Assembly (NCBI GenBank): GCA_030591685.1
Contig: JAUVAX010000008.1
Location: forward strand, 1-64,000
Source of the DNA: Pseudobdellovibrionaceae bacterium
GTDB taxonomy: Bacteria; Bdellovibrionota; Bdellovibrionia; Bdellovibrionales; UBA1609
Direction of reading: 5' to 3'
Length of the DNA: 64,000 nt
Shown here: positions 29,279 through 39,850 of the stretch, in pieces
Numbering within the stretch: position 1 is the first letter of the stretch
Layout of the letters: every line of letters starts with the position of its first letter
The notes under the pieces: generated by a model
Databases searched by the model: none
Seen by the model: the letters and a program-made list of their open reading frames with translations, nothing else
Told to the model about the DNA's origin: nothing
Made by a program: the position numbers and the translations under genes

Positions 29279-29520
29279 GCCTTGTCGGTTTCTTTTTTGG
29301 TTTCGGTTTCGGCTTCAGAGTTAGGGACTTTATCTTTATCTAATTTTTCCTGAGAGGCGCTTGAGGAGTCGGTGACATCAATGGCGTCCTCGTTAAGCCC
29401 TTTTTTAAACCCTCTAATAGCTTCGCCCAGAGATTTTCCAACCCCAGGGATACGCTTTGGGCCAAAGAGTAGTAAAATAATAACTAGTACAATTAAAATT
29501 TGCCAAATTGAAGGACTCAT
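29275..29520 (-). CDS. tatA: twin-arginine translocase TatA/TatE
   Basis: LLFGPKRIP...LGEAIRGFKKG. Confidence 0.93.
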   Translation of the reverse strand: MSPSIWQILIVLVIILLLFGPKRIPGVGKSLGEAIRGFKKGLNEDAIDVTDSSSASQEKLDKDKVPNSEAETETKKETDKA

Positions 29521-29622
29521 ACTTTTTACCTCTTATAGAGTGTTTTTAGATTCTATCTTGGTTTAGTTAAAATTTAAATCAAATTTTATTTTTGACCCTT
29601 AAATGTAAGGGCAAAAACAGGG

Positions 29623-30834
29623 TTATTTTCGCCTCGGCCGTCTTTTGCGCCTAGTTTGGGGTTTCATAGCTGCAATTTCGGGTAAAATTTGCTCATATTT
29701 TTCGCTCCAAAAATCCCAATCTGTGTCATTAATGAGGGCATCGGTATGGGCGAGGAGCATAGCGCAGCGAAAGGCCGGGTTTTTGAGCACAGGGAGTAAT
29801 CGGCGGTCCTCTTTTTGTTTAAAATCATCAGCGGCAAGTAGGTGAGTTTGCATTTTAAGAGCTTTTTCAGCCACCTCTTGCTCTAGATTGTACATACCCA
29901 GTTCAAACTTCATTAATTTTTTTAAATCCTCACAGTCTTCAATCATCTTATTGGTGATTTTTTGAGTGGGGTCGGGCCAAATTTTAATACGTACGTAGGC
30001 GTGAATTAAGTAAACAAACAGCTCAGTAGGGTTATCTGCATTGAGGTGAAGCTCGTTTATGTTTCGTAACTTTGCAACAAACTCGTGTCGCTCTTCGCTG
30101 TTATTAAATAAGTCATTCAACGTGGGGGCGATAACCTTTAGTACCCCTAAATCATAGGCCTCTAAAAAGGGCTTTGAGGGGTCTTTAACTCGTAGAAACT
30201 TTAAAAGCTCTTCGCGTCGCCTGGGGAGCGCCGAGTCAAAAAGGGAGTCCGCATTACTTTGCATAGCTGCACGCAACTGAGGATCTAGAGAGAAATTAAT
30301 TTTATGAGCCAACCTCAGTGCTCGAAGTATTCGAATGGGGTCCTCTTTGAGGCGTCGATTAGGGTCTCCGATCATGCGGATGATTTGGTTTTCTAGGTCT
30401 GTAATCCCCTTACAGTGGTCTAGAAGGTCTTCTTTGAAGGGGTCATAAAACAACCCATTGACGGTAAAATCTCGTCGAAGAGCGTCCTCTTTAGAGGTTC
30501 CAAAGGCATTGTCCTCCTGGGGGAACTCTTCGTTTTTCTCACTCTCGGGGACTTCGCGCCTAAAAGTGGCGATTTCAAAAAAACCATCCCCCCGCTTGGC
30601 GAGGACGAGTCTAAAGCGCTTGCCAATAATATAAGAGCGAGGCACGCACCTTTTTACCTCATTGGGTTTAGCGCTCGTAGCAATATCGAAATCTTTTGGT
30701 ATTATGCCAATGAGTAGATCACGAACGCAGCCGCCCACTAAGTAGGTGGTGTGCTTTTTTAATTGCAGATTTTCAACAATTCCCAGAGCATTGGGGTCAA
30801 TAAAGGATTTGTGAAGTTGTGGTTTTTTACTCAT
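29623..30834 (-). CDS. pcnB: poly(A) polymerase I
   Basis: VGGCVRD, KDFDIAT, PAP signature IIGKRFRLV, RRDFTVN, EDPIRILR; Arg-rich tail. Confidence 0.9.
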   Translation of the reverse strand: MSKKPQLHKSFIDPNALGIVENLQLKKHTTYLVGGCVRDLLIGIIPKDFDIATSAKPNEVKRCVPRSYIIGKRFRLVLAKRGDGFFEIATFRREVPESEKNEEFPQEDNAFGTSKEDALRRDFTVNGLFYDPFKEDLLDHCKGITDLENQIIRMIGDPNRRLKEDPIRILRALRLAHKINFSLDPQLRAAMQSNADSLFDSALPRRREELLKFLRVKDPSKPFLEAYDLGVLKVIAPTLNDLFNNSEERHEFVAKLRNINELHLNADNPTELFVYLIHAYVRIKIWPDPTQKITNKMIEDCEDLKKLMKFELGMYNLEQEVAEKALKMQTHLLAADDFKQKEDRRLLPVLKNPAFRCAMLLAHTDALINDTDWDFWSEKYEQILPEIAAMKPQTRRKRRPRRK

Positions 30835-30888
30835 AAGATTAAATACTTACCACGGTTCGCGTGAAGGTCAATTTGACGAAGGGAAACT

Positions 30889-31704
30889 ATGGGTTATTTA
30901 AAAAATTTCCATTACGAGGTGCTTGGAGCTGATCACCTGCCTAAGCTTGTTTTTTTACATGGTCTTATGGGTTCTGGCAAGAACTGGGCTCGAATTGCTA
31001 AGGTGTTTAACGAGCAGTTTCAAGTGCTACTATTTGACCAAAGGGGCCACGGACGCTCATTTAAGCCAGAACAAGGCTACGCACCAGAAGATTACAGTGA
31101 GGATTTGCTAAAAATTCTTCAAGAGTTAAATTGGAGCCAAATTTGTTTAGTGGGTCATTCATTGGGGGGGCGCAATGCCATTTATTTTGCCGCAGCGCAT
31201 CCTAATCGAGTTGAAAAATTGGTCATAGAGGACATAGGCCTCACCGTTCAACAAAGGCACAAAGGTAATATTAAAAGGCTCTTAAGCTTAGTGCCCACCC
31301 CGTTTGCAAGTAAAGAAGAGGCCAGGTTTTTTTTTCAAACTGAGTTTATTGAAAAGATTAAAGACAACCCAAAGGCAAAAGTTCTGTCGTCTTATTTTTA
31401 TGCAAATATTGAAAAAAAGCCCAGCGGGCTTGCTGATTGGCGCTTTAGCAAAGCAGGCATCCTTGAGAGTGTTGAACAAGGGCGCCAGAGCGACCAGTGG
31501 CCTTTGTGGCAATCCTTACAAATGCCCACGTTACTGATTCGTGGTGAGCATTCTGAGGACTTAACGGAGCCGGACTTTACTAAAATGCAGGCCACACATC
31601 CTAACGTAAAGGGGGTTGAGATCGGTGATTCAGGGCACTGGGTTCACTATGATCAACCGGGTGAGTTTATTATGACGCTAAAAAACTTTCTTATTCCTGT
31701 TTAA
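30889..31704 (+). CDS. alpha/beta hydrolase (YbfF-like esterase)
   Basis: LHGLMG, DQRGHG, GHSLGG, SGHWVH. Confidence 0.9.
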   Translation: MGYLKNFHYEVLGADHLPKLVFLHGLMGSGKNWARIAKVFNEQFQVLLFDQRGHGRSFKPEQGYAPEDYSEDLLKILQELNWSQICLVGHSLGGRNAIYFAAAHPNRVEKLVIEDIGLTVQQRHKGNIKRLLSLVPTPFASKEEARFFFQTEFIEKIKDNPKAKVLSSYFYANIEKKPSGLADWRFSKAGILESVEQGRQSDQWPLWQSLQMPTLLIRGEHSEDLTEPDFTKMQATHPNVKGVEIGDSGHWVHYDQPGEFIMTLKNFLIPV

Positions 31705-31790
31705 AGGGGCTAGCCTTTGACAAAGTTATAAGTTCGAGGGTAGAAAGTTGGTTATATTAATTTCGCATTGGATCAAAAAAAGGCTATCTA

Positions 31791-33407
31791 TTGAAGTTTT
31801 CTGAAATAAATTTGCACCCGTCTTTGAAGGCAAACATAGAAAATTTAAAATTTGAAAATATGACTCCTATTCAAGAGAAGTCTTATGAGCCTATAGTGTC
31901 AGGTAAAGACCTGGCGGGACTGGCTCAAACGGGCACGGGTAAAACAGCAGCTTTTCTAATACCTCTTATTCAAAGAATATTAATTCAAGAAGTGCCTGAA
32001 GAGGGTAGCCTTATCAAACCCTTTGAGAATTGGCTTAAAAAGAACTTTATTCTCATACTTGTCCCTACAAGAGAGTTGGCATCACAGGTTCATGATAATG
32101 TACTTAAGCTTTGTGAGGGGACCGACTTAAAGTCAGCCGTTATTTTTGGTGGCACAGGCTACGAGGAGCAAAAGCAAGCCCTGAGTGCTGGGGCTGATTT
32201 TGTGGTCTCTACGCCGGGCCGATTGATTGATTTATACAAAGAACACCATGTAGATTTAAAACAGGTCCGAGGGGTAGTTTTTGATGAAGCGGACCGTATG
32301 TTTGATATGGGCTTTAAAGACGACATGAAGTACATTTTGCAAAGAATCCCTAAGGACCGTCAGTACCTTGTGTACAGTGCGACCTTAGACTTTGAAGTGA
32401 CAAATGTGGCTTATGAATTTGGTGCAAACCCTGTTGATATTAACATATCAAAAGACGAAGCTAAGGCTGAAAATGTTCAGCACGAAATATTTCATGTGGG
32501 TCAGGGGGATAAGCCTAAATATTTACTATCTCTGATTAAAAAATATAACCCTCGTCAGGCCATTGTTTTTACAAACTTTAAAGCCAACGTCGATAGAGTG
32601 GCTGAGTTTTTAAATAAAAATGGTTTAAAAGCACAGGGGATCTCTAGTTTATTAAACCAAAGTCAACGCACTCGAATCATGAAAGACTTTAAGGGTGGAG
32701 AAAAAATTCATATATTAGCCGCAACAGATGTAGCGGCCCGAGGCCTGGACGTTAAAGATATTGACCTTGTTGTTAATTTTGACCTACCAGAAGAGGCCTC
32801 TACCTATGTTCACCGTATAGGCCGAACAGGGCGCGCCGAGGCCAAGGGGCTCGCGTACTCACTGGTGAGTGATTATGATGTCACAGCATTAGAGCGTATT
32901 GAAAACCTACTTGATGAAAAAATAGTGATCGGTTGGCTCGAAGACAATGAGCTTTTAGAAAAATTTGAACGCTTCCCTGAGCGAACTCGTGCAAAAAGAT
33001 TTAATGATACTGAAAAAAACAGACAGCAAAGAAGTAACTCCTCTTCTGGGGACCGAACAAAGCGCTATTCGAAAGATAAACCAAAGGGCGAGCGAAGGTA
33101 TAAAACAAGAGCCGAAGGCGAAGCCGAAGCCCCACGAAAAATGTATACTCGAAAACCAAATAGAAAAAGTTTTTCTAAAGATAATGATAAAGATGAAACT
33201 AGAGTTCATAGAGATCGAAAGTCTGGTCGTCATAAATCTTCAGAAAAGCGCACTTCGTCGGCGGCGTCTAAACCTAGACCAAAAAAGAAGGTTTCGGCGA
33301 ATACAAGAGTCCGAAGCTCTAGTAACTCCAAAAGATCTACTCAAGTGCAATCACCTGGTTTAGGCCAAAAGGTGAAGGGCTTTATTCGCGGTATTTTTGG
33401 AAACTAA
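31791..33407 (+). CDS. DEAD-box RNA helicase (RhlB/RhlE-like) with basic disordered tail
   Basis: AQTGTGKT, PTRELA, DEAD, SAT, HRIGRTGRA. Confidence 0.95.
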   Translation: MKFSEINLHPSLKANIENLKFENMTPIQEKSYEPIVSGKDLAGLAQTGTGKTAAFLIPLIQRILIQEVPEEGSLIKPFENWLKKNFILILVPTRELASQVHDNVLKLCEGTDLKSAVIFGGTGYEEQKQALSAGADFVVSTPGRLIDLYKEHHVDLKQVRGVVFDEADRMFDMGFKDDMKYILQRIPKDRQYLVYSATLDFEVTNVAYEFGANPVDINISKDEAKAENVQHEIFHVGQGDKPKYLLSLIKKYNPRQAIVFTNFKANVDRVAEFLNKNGLKAQGISSLLNQSQRTRIMKDFKGGEKIHILAATDVAARGLDVKDIDLVVNFDLPEEASTYVHRIGRTGRAEAKGLAYSLVSDYDVTALERIENLLDEKIVIGWLEDNELLEKFERFPERTRAKRFNDTEKNRQQRSNSSSGDRTKRYSKDKPKGERRYKTRAEGEAEAPRKMYTRKPNRKSFSKDNDKDETRVHRDRKSGRHKSSEKRTSSAASKPRPKKKVSANTRVRSSSNSKRSTQVQSPGLGQKVKGFIRGIFGN

Positions 33408-33418
33408 GTTTTTCAGTT

Positions 33419-33943
33419 TTAATTCCAAGTGAAATTTTTAAATAATTGATTACACTCAACGACAGTTTGAGTGAACCTCTCCATATGAGAACGACAAGTT
33501 AAAATAGCCGCTTTTTGATGTTTAAAAAACACTATTTGCCTTAGTTTGCGTTGGCTTGCTGAGCTGTAGATATCGATAAGATAAGCCAGCTGATTGTTAA
33601 TTTTTAAGGGCTTTTTTTCAAGAGTCTTAAAGCCAAAGCGTTCGTATTCACTGAGGGATTGTTTCATATACGATTTTAGAGTTTTGTTTGGGGACTCATC
33701 TACACGAACTGTGAATGAAGGTTGAACTCCTTTGTAGGACTTAGGTGAGCGATACTCAAGTATAATGTGAGGAGAGCGTCTTCGGTCAACAGCCTCCCAT
33801 TTTGTGTTTTCAGAACTTATAGTAAACCCATGGTTAGAAATAAAAAAGCCAGGCTTTGAGCTTATCAAAGCGGAGGTCGATGTTGCTGGCATGGGGGCCG
33901 CATTTAGAATTTGTAAAAAAACAAAGAGTTTTAGTAAAAGCAT
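33419..33943 (-). CDS. secreted hypothetical protein (PsbP/DcrB-like pattern)
   Basis: Signal peptide; GFTI...W, PSFTV, INNQLAY, RQIVF pattern reminiscent of PsbP-like fold. Confidence 0.55.
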   Translation of the reverse strand: MLLLKLFVFLQILNAAPMPATSTSALISSKPGFFISNHGFTISSENTKWEAVDRRRSPHIILEYRSPKSYKGVQPSFTVRVDESPNKTLKSYMKQSLSEYERFGFKTLEKKPLKINNQLAYLIDIYSSASQRKLRQIVFFKHQKAAILTCRSHMERFTQTVVECNQLFKNFTWN

Positions 33944-33959
33944 GTCTTATTCTAGAGGG

Positions 33960-34985
33960 CTATTTAATGTTCAGGCAAGTTTTATGAAATTTTAAATTGA
34001 TAATATAAGGCTTGTAGGCGCCTGTTCTGTTTGAAACAAAAAGTATCTGATCTGAATTAGGCTTAAGTGTTGGGTTAATATCAAAGTAAGGGCTATACGT
34101 AAGTCTGTGTAGGCATTTTTGTTTAATTTGAAAAGCATAGAGTTCAAAATTATCAGCATGTTCAAAGTTTGAACTAAACAAAATAGTATTGTTGTCTTTG
34201 TACCACTGAGGAGAGATGTGAACCCCTTTTGGGAGCTTAAGGGTGGTTGTGCTTTTGAGCACTCGGTTTGCGATGTTAATAGAGGTAAAGGTTTCATTAT
34301 TTTTATAGTCAACATAGGCAACCTTTCGGCCATTTTGAGAAAAGCTAATTTGCCTCTTGTTGGATTTGGAGTTTGTGAGGAGCTGCTTTTTATGATTTTT
34401 TAAATTGAGTTTGGCAAACTGATAATAATCACCCCGAAAAGAAGAATATATGCCAATGGTACTTTTGGGGCTTATGCTGAGCTCTCCTTCAAACCCCTTG
34501 TGATTTGTGATTTGAGTTAACTGGCTTTGGTTGAGGGAAATACTAAAAATGTCCCCTATGGTTGGGGTTGCCAGCAAGGGATGTGGAGCCCAAGGGGCGA
34601 GGGATTGAGACTCGGAGGCCTCAAAATTTGAGAGAGAAATTTGGTGACCCTCGCTAATAAAACTTGTGTAGTAGATGAGCTTGTTTTCTCCCCAGTACCT
34701 GGGTGAGTAATTTGAGCGTTTTTCGTAAGTCACTCTTCTCAGAGTATCGTCATTTAAATTTTTAATAAATATTTGATCAACAGGACCAATTTTTTTTAAA
34801 AAAATAATGGAGTTAGAGTCAGGGATAAATTCGGCATAAGTGCTGACCTCATCATGTGTCAGCGGGGTAGCAATGCTCGGGGTGTACCCTTTCGGGGGCT
34901 TAATAGGCATTAATTTGTTTTCTTTTGAGGGTGCCGTTTCACAGGCTAATAATAAGAGAGGCAGTAAAATTAAAATCAACTTCAT
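33960..34985 (-). CDS. TolB-like (PD40 beta-propeller) lipoprotein
   Basis: LLA-C lipobox; repeats SFSQNG, PQW..D..ILFSS, ILFVSNRTG. Confidence 0.8.
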   Translation of the reverse strand: MKLILILLPLLLLACETAPSKENKLMPIKPPKGYTPSIATPLTHDEVSTYAEFIPDSNSIIFLKKIGPVDQIFIKNLNDDTLRRVTYEKRSNYSPRYWGENKLIYYTSFISEGHQISLSNFEASESQSLAPWAPHPLLATPTIGDIFSISLNQSQLTQITNHKGFEGELSISPKSTIGIYSSFRGDYYQFAKLNLKNHKKQLLTNSKSNKRQISFSQNGRKVAYVDYKNNETFTSINIANRVLKSTTTLKLPKGVHISPQWYKDNNTILFSSNFEHADNFELYAFQIKQKCLHRLTYSPYFDINPTLKPNSDQILFVSNRTGAYKPYIINLKFHKTCLNIK

Positions 34986-35000
34986 TTTTTAAAAACCTTT

Positions 35001-35981
35001 TTAATCTAAAGCTGTCATTATTGCTTTAGTGACTAGTGATGCGGGTATGTACTGTTTAATGTCATCTCGGTGGACCCATTTATATTTTTTAGTTTTCTTT
35101 GAGGCTCGTTTGAGAGAGACATGTGCGTATATTTCATATTTAGTAATGCTGTGCTTGAAGTCAAATTTTGTGGGTTTTTTTGGTTTTTTTGAGGCCTCAC
35201 CAGGCAAGAGCCATGATTTTTTTAAAAAAGGAGCATAGTCATTTTTTACAAGAGCAATATGGTTTTTTAAAACTCTGACCTCAGCACTCCAGGTCCAAAT
35301 TTGTTTGACGGCTTTGGCCTTTTTAATGGGTAGTGTCGAGAGGGTATCTTTTGAAAGCCCCGCACAGGTCCTATTTAGCGGGCAAATAAAGCACTTTGGG
35401 TTTTTAGGTAGACAAATGGTTGCTCCCAACTCCATAAGGGCTTGGTTGACCTCTGAACTTTTGTGGTTTTGTACCCAGTTGTCGGCGGTTTCTTGTAGGA
35501 GTTTTTTATCTTGAGTTTTCCACCAAACAAAGGCTTTCGAATAATAACGGCTGAAAACTCGAATCACGTTACCATCAATAACTCCTACGGGTTCGTTAAA
35601 GGCAATGCTACTGACAGAGCGTGAAGTATAGGGCCCAAACCCTGGGAGTTTGATAAGTTCTATGTATGTTTTAGGAAAGGCCTCCGCCTTATTGAGTTCT
35701 TTTGAGGCCTTATGTAAGTTGCGGGCCCTTGAGTAGTAGCCGAGCCCCGCCCATGCTTGGAGAACTTGGCTTTCGCTAGCGAGGGCCAAAGACTTAAGGG
35801 TGGGGAAGTCATTTAAAAATCTTTGAAAATAAGGGATTACAGCTGTCGAAGTGGTTTGTTGCAGCATAGACTCTGAGATCCATATGGAGTAAGGGTCTTT
35901 AGTCTTTCTCCAAGGCAACGGTCGCTTGTTTTGTGAAAACCAGGACAGTAGCTGCTTTTGATTTTTCAAAGTCACTTTCAT
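35001..35981 (-). CDS. mutY: A/G-specific adenine glycosylase
   Basis: RPLPWR, SESMLQQT, WAGLGYYSRARNL, DGNVIRV, MELGATIC plus Fe-S Cys cluster. Confidence 0.95.
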   Translation of the reverse strand: MKVTLKNQKQLLSWFSQNKRPLPWRKTKDPYSIWISESMLQQTTSTAVIPYFQRFLNDFPTLKSLALASESQVLQAWAGLGYYSRARNLHKASKELNKAEAFPKTYIELIKLPGFGPYTSRSVSSIAFNEPVGVIDGNVIRVFSRYYSKAFVWWKTQDKKLLQETADNWVQNHKSSEVNQALMELGATICLPKNPKCFICPLNRTCAGLSKDTLSTLPIKKAKAVKQIWTWSAEVRVLKNHIALVKNDYAPFLKKSWLLPGEASKKPKKPTKFDFKHSITKYEIYAHVSLKRASKKTKKYKWVHRDDIKQYIPASLVTKAIMTALD

Positions 35982-36089
35982 CGGATCTTATTTAAACAGG
36001 AGTTAGTTAAATCTTCAAGGGCTTGAGGGTTTTAAAAAAAAGTATGATGTAGACTTGTTTTTTAAAGTTTTTAATTCGTATAATTAATA

Positions 36090-36590
36090 ATGCGTTTAAG
36101 AGTACTTTTACTACTGATGACTGTTTTTTGTAACCTTAGCTTTGCAAAGAGTAAGGTGAGATGCTCCGCTGAAGAGCTTAAAATACAAAACTGCCACATT
36201 AAGTCAAAAAACTACGAACTCACTTTGTTAAAAGAGCATATTCGAGTTTACGATAAGGTGCGACGTAATGTTGTTGATTTTCCGATTAAGGATGTTGCTC
36301 AGTGGCACAAAATACAGTTAAAGCATGTTGCCGATCGAACACTTTTAGAAGTTTATGCATGGTCTAAGCCCTTTAGTGAGGTCGGGCTACAAAATTTGCA
36401 TTGGAGCTTTTTAGAGCTTATAAATGAAAAATCAAAGGTTGTTTTAGATAAAGTCATTCAAAAGCGAAAGCTCAATACACAAAAAAGTACAGGGGACTAT
36501 ATACTAGACCCAATACTCACTCACTCGATTAAGCCTTTAAAGGGTCGTAAAATCCACTGGTCGGCGGGTCGCTTTTCAGGGTTATTTTAA
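36090..36590 (+). CDS. secreted hypothetical protein
   Basis: Sec signal ending SFA; 166-aa basic ORF. Confidence 0.7.
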   Translation: MRLRVLLLLMTVFCNLSFAKSKVRCSAEELKIQNCHIKSKNYELTLLKEHIRVYDKVRRNVVDFPIKDVAQWHKIQLKHVADRTLLEVYAWSKPFSEVGLQNLHWSFLELINEKSKVVLDKVIQKRKLNTQKSTGDYILDPILTHSIKPLKGRKIHWSAGRFSGLF

Positions 36591-36602
36591 AAAACACATT
36601 TA

Positions 36603-39317
36603 TTAAATAACAAGTTGTTTGGCTTTTTCAAAGGCCGCTTGTAATTTTTCACGGTCAGGGGCTGAGCCTTGAGCAAAGTCGGGCCGTCCCCCGCCTTTAC
36701 CGCCCATTTCTGTGGCCATGGTTTTAAGGAGTTGTCCGGCGTTAATGTGCTTTGTAAGCTCTTTTGAGACCGAAACGATCAACGGGCTAGGGCCGCCCTC
36801 AGGGCCCTTGCCAATAACAATCACCACTGCAGGTTGAGCTTTATTTTTAAGCTGATCACTGATGTCACTTAATATTTTTCGATCGTCTAAGGGGATGTCC
36901 GCTAAAATTAATTGGCCTTTAATGCCGCTTTTTTCAAAACTCACCGCAGCCTCTAAAAACTCATCGATGTTTGTACCTTTAGATTTTAATTGTTGAATTT
37001 TTTTTTCAAAAGTTTTTACCTTTTGTTTTTGTGTGTCGATCCAGTCACTGAGTGTTGAAGGGGTCGAGTTAAGGTAGTCGCTCCAATTTTGTATACTGCC
37101 AATAGCGTGTTGAGCCTCTAAGGCTTCGCGAGTATTTTTAAGCACAAACTCTCGTGCGGTTTTTCCGGTGATGGCCTCTATGCGGCGAACACCAGAACTC
37201 ACACCCGACTCGCTGACGAGTTTAAATAACCCAATTTCTGATGTGTTATTAACATGCGTGCCTCCGCAAAGCTCCATTGAAAATTCGCCCATTTTAACAA
37301 CTCGCACTCGGTCGCCATACTTTTCGCCGAATAGTGCGGTGGCCCCATGATTTTTGGCCTCAGAGGGGGTCATGATTGTGGTGCTTACAAGCTCATGGTT
37401 GTCGATTTGTTTGTTCACTAAATTTTCAATGGTTTCAATTTGTTGCTTTGATAGTGGGGCGTTGTGAGTGAAGTCAAAACGTAAACGCTGTGACTCAACC
37501 AGAGAGCCCGCCTGCTGGATGTGATCCCCTAAAACCTGGCTCAAGGCTGAGTGTAGCAGGTGAGTGGCCGAATGATTACTGGCTACAGACGTGCGTTTTT
37601 CTTTTAAAACAAGCTGCTCGCAGCAGTCCCCATTTTTTAATTCACCGTCAGTGACTTTTATATGTAATAGGTGAATATCATTTATTTTTGAGCAGGCTAA
37701 GACTTCGGCAAAACCGTGCGCACAGGAGAGCGAGCCTGAGTCTCCTGTTTGGCCACCGCTTTCACCATAAAAACAGGACTTATCAAGTAGGGCCAGGCCG
37801 GTGTCTCCAGGTTTAAGAGAGTCTACAGAGTCGTGACCATTTGAGAGCTTTATGATGGTCCCCAGATCACTTAGACTTTCATAGCCCGTAAATTCTGTTG
37901 GGCCTGAGATTTTTAAAGTTTCAGTAGATAAAGTAATTAAATGAGCTTGGTCAGAGCCAAGGGCATCAGACTTCCAGCTTGCTCGGGCGAGTTCTTTGGC
38001 CTTTTTCATGTGTGTATTAAACTCATCCTCGTTAACTTTTAAACCCTGCTCTTTAGCCATGAGTTGAGTAAGATCCATAGGAAACCCAAAAGTATCATAA
38101 AGCTTAAAAGCTGACTCCCCGGAGAGAGAGTGGCCGCCAACAGATTTAACGAGTTTTATTTCATTATTGAGCAGGTGAGTGCCTTGGTCGAGAGTTTTTA
38201 AAAAACGTTTCTCTTCGTCTGTTGTGTGCTGTAAGACAAGGCTTTTTCGATCAATAAGCTCGGGGTAATGAGGGCCCATTTTTTTAATAACAGCCCCAAC
38301 AACTTCAGGCAGTAGTGACTCTTCACTGAGAGTGCGACCGTAGCGGATGCCACGTCTTATAATTCTTCGTAAAACATAACCGCGACCTTCATTAGAGGGC
38401 AGTACGCCGTCGGCAATTAAAAAGGCCGCACTTCGAGCGTGATCGGCTAATACTCTTAGGGCTGTTCGGGTCTCGAGCACCTCTTTGAGTGCCTTTTCAG
38501 AGAGAGCTTTAGGGTTCTGGATGTACTCTTTTTTTGAAATCAGGCAGGCTTTTTGTATTATTTCTTGAAACACATCTGTGTCGTAATTGTTTAATTTTCC
38601 CTGTAAAATAGTGCATAATCTTTCAAGCCCAGCGCCGGTATCAATAGAGGGTTTCGGTAGGGGGTGTTTTTGGCCAGAGCTGTCTTCGTTATATTGCATA
38701 AAAACAAGGTTCCATATTTCAACAAAACGATCTCCATGCCCCCCCATGACGTTGCTCTTTGGATCTCCGCCTACGTCGGGTCCGAAATCATAAAAAATTT
38801 CAGAACTAGGGCCGCAGGGCCCGGTGTTGCCCATGCGCCAAAAATTATCTTTTTCACCAAAGCGGTAAAGGTGATCTGAGGGTATGCCTTCTTGAGTTTT
38901 CCAAAGGTCAGCGGCTTCATCGTCGGTTTCAAATACGGTGATGTAAAGTCGATTTTTATCAAGCCCTAAGTTTTTAGTTAAAAACTCCCAGGCAAAGTGG
39001 ATAGCTTCTTTTTTAAAGTAATCTCCAAAAGAAAAGTTACCCAGCATTTCAAAAAAAGTATGGTGTCGGGCCGTGTGGCCGACATTTTCAAGGTCATTGT
39101 GCTTGCCGCCAGCGCGGACACATTTTTGAGCACTAGCGGCTCTCGTATAGTCTGGAGACTCTAAACCTAAAAAAACATTTTTAAACTGGTTCATCCCCGC
39201 ATTTGTAAATAATAAAGAGGGGTCGTTTTCGGGGATGAGCCTTGAGCTCTCTACAATGGAGTGACCGTGAGTATTAAAGTAGTTAATAAATGAATCTCTA
39301 ATTTCATGACTTTTCAT
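36603..39317 (-). CDS. alaS: alanine--tRNA ligase
   Basis: LFTNAGMNQFK, RHHTFFEMLGNFSFGDYFK, HSATH, ELCGGTH, GGGRPDFAQ. Confidence 0.98.
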   Translation of the reverse strand: MKSHEIRDSFINYFNTHGHSIVESSRLIPENDPSLLFTNAGMNQFKNVFLGLESPDYTRAASAQKCVRAGGKHNDLENVGHTARHHTFFEMLGNFSFGDYFKKEAIHFAWEFLTKNLGLDKNRLYITVFETDDEAADLWKTQEGIPSDHLYRFGEKDNFWRMGNTGPCGPSSEIFYDFGPDVGGDPKSNVMGGHGDRFVEIWNLVFMQYNEDSSGQKHPLPKPSIDTGAGLERLCTILQGKLNNYDTDVFQEIIQKACLISKKEYIQNPKALSEKALKEVLETRTALRVLADHARSAAFLIADGVLPSNEGRGYVLRRIIRRGIRYGRTLSEESLLPEVVGAVIKKMGPHYPELIDRKSLVLQHTTDEEKRFLKTLDQGTHLLNNEIKLVKSVGGHSLSGESAFKLYDTFGFPMDLTQLMAKEQGLKVNEDEFNTHMKKAKELARASWKSDALGSDQAHLITLSTETLKISGPTEFTGYESLSDLGTIIKLSNGHDSVDSLKPGDTGLALLDKSCFYGESGGQTGDSGSLSCAHGFAEVLACSKINDIHLLHIKVTDGELKNGDCCEQLVLKEKRTSVASNHSATHLLHSALSQVLGDHIQQAGSLVESQRLRFDFTHNAPLSKQQIETIENLVNKQIDNHELVSTTIMTPSEAKNHGATALFGEKYGDRVRVVKMGEFSMELCGGTHVNNTSEIGLFKLVSESGVSSGVRRIEAITGKTAREFVLKNTREALEAQHAIGSIQNWSDYLNSTPSTLSDWIDTQKQKVKTFEKKIQQLKSKGTNIDEFLEAAVSFEKSGIKGQLILADIPLDDRKILSDISDQLKNKAQPAVVIVIGKGPEGGPSPLIVSVSKELTKHINAGQLLKTMATEMGGKGGGRPDFAQGSAPDREKLQAAFEKAKQLVI

Positions 39318-39332
39318 GTAGTCCTCGTGTTT

Positions 39333-39791
39333 TCATTCGGGGTCACTATTATTTATCACAAAACAGATGGTTTCAAAATCAAAACCTCTGTTTGCCAGTA
39401 GGCGCTGAGCTTTTTCTTTGCTTTTTGTGCTAAGGGGTTGTGTTAATTTAACCTCAAGCACTCTTTTGGCCTTTTCATACTCTTGCTCTTGGTCTTTTTT
39501 AATCGCCGGAAGGCCTTTGTTGTGCAGATACTTTTGAATATACAAAAAACCCTTGTTTTTGTGCCCTAATTGAAGGCTCACCTTTGCTGCTAACTCCTCA
39601 GGTGCTGGCAGCCATTGTTTAGATTTGACGTCTAAAAGAGCTTTTTTGATAGCTTGATCTGTAAAATTTTTAGCTAATTTTTGTTGCAACTCTTTTTCAC
39701 TATGGTCACGCTGGGCGAGGTAGTCGGCGACCTTATGGAGGGCCTTTAGGGGATCATTAATAAGTTTTGTTCTTTTTGTATTAAAAGGCAT
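39333..39791 (-). CDS. recX: regulatory protein RecX
   Basis: LAQRDHSEKEL, LANRGF; upstream of alaS. Confidence 0.85.
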   Translation of the reverse strand: MPFNTKRTKLINDPLKALHKVADYLAQRDHSEKELQQKLAKNFTDQAIKKALLDVKSKQWLPAPEELAAKVSLQLGHKNKGFLYIQKYLHNKGLPAIKKDQEQEYEKAKRVLEVKLTQPLSTKSKEKAQRLLANRGFDFETICFVINNSDPE

Positions 39792-39850
39792 AAAAATGAA
39801 ATATCATATTTTTTCATTGAAGCAAATATTAAACCTCTTTGGTTAACGTT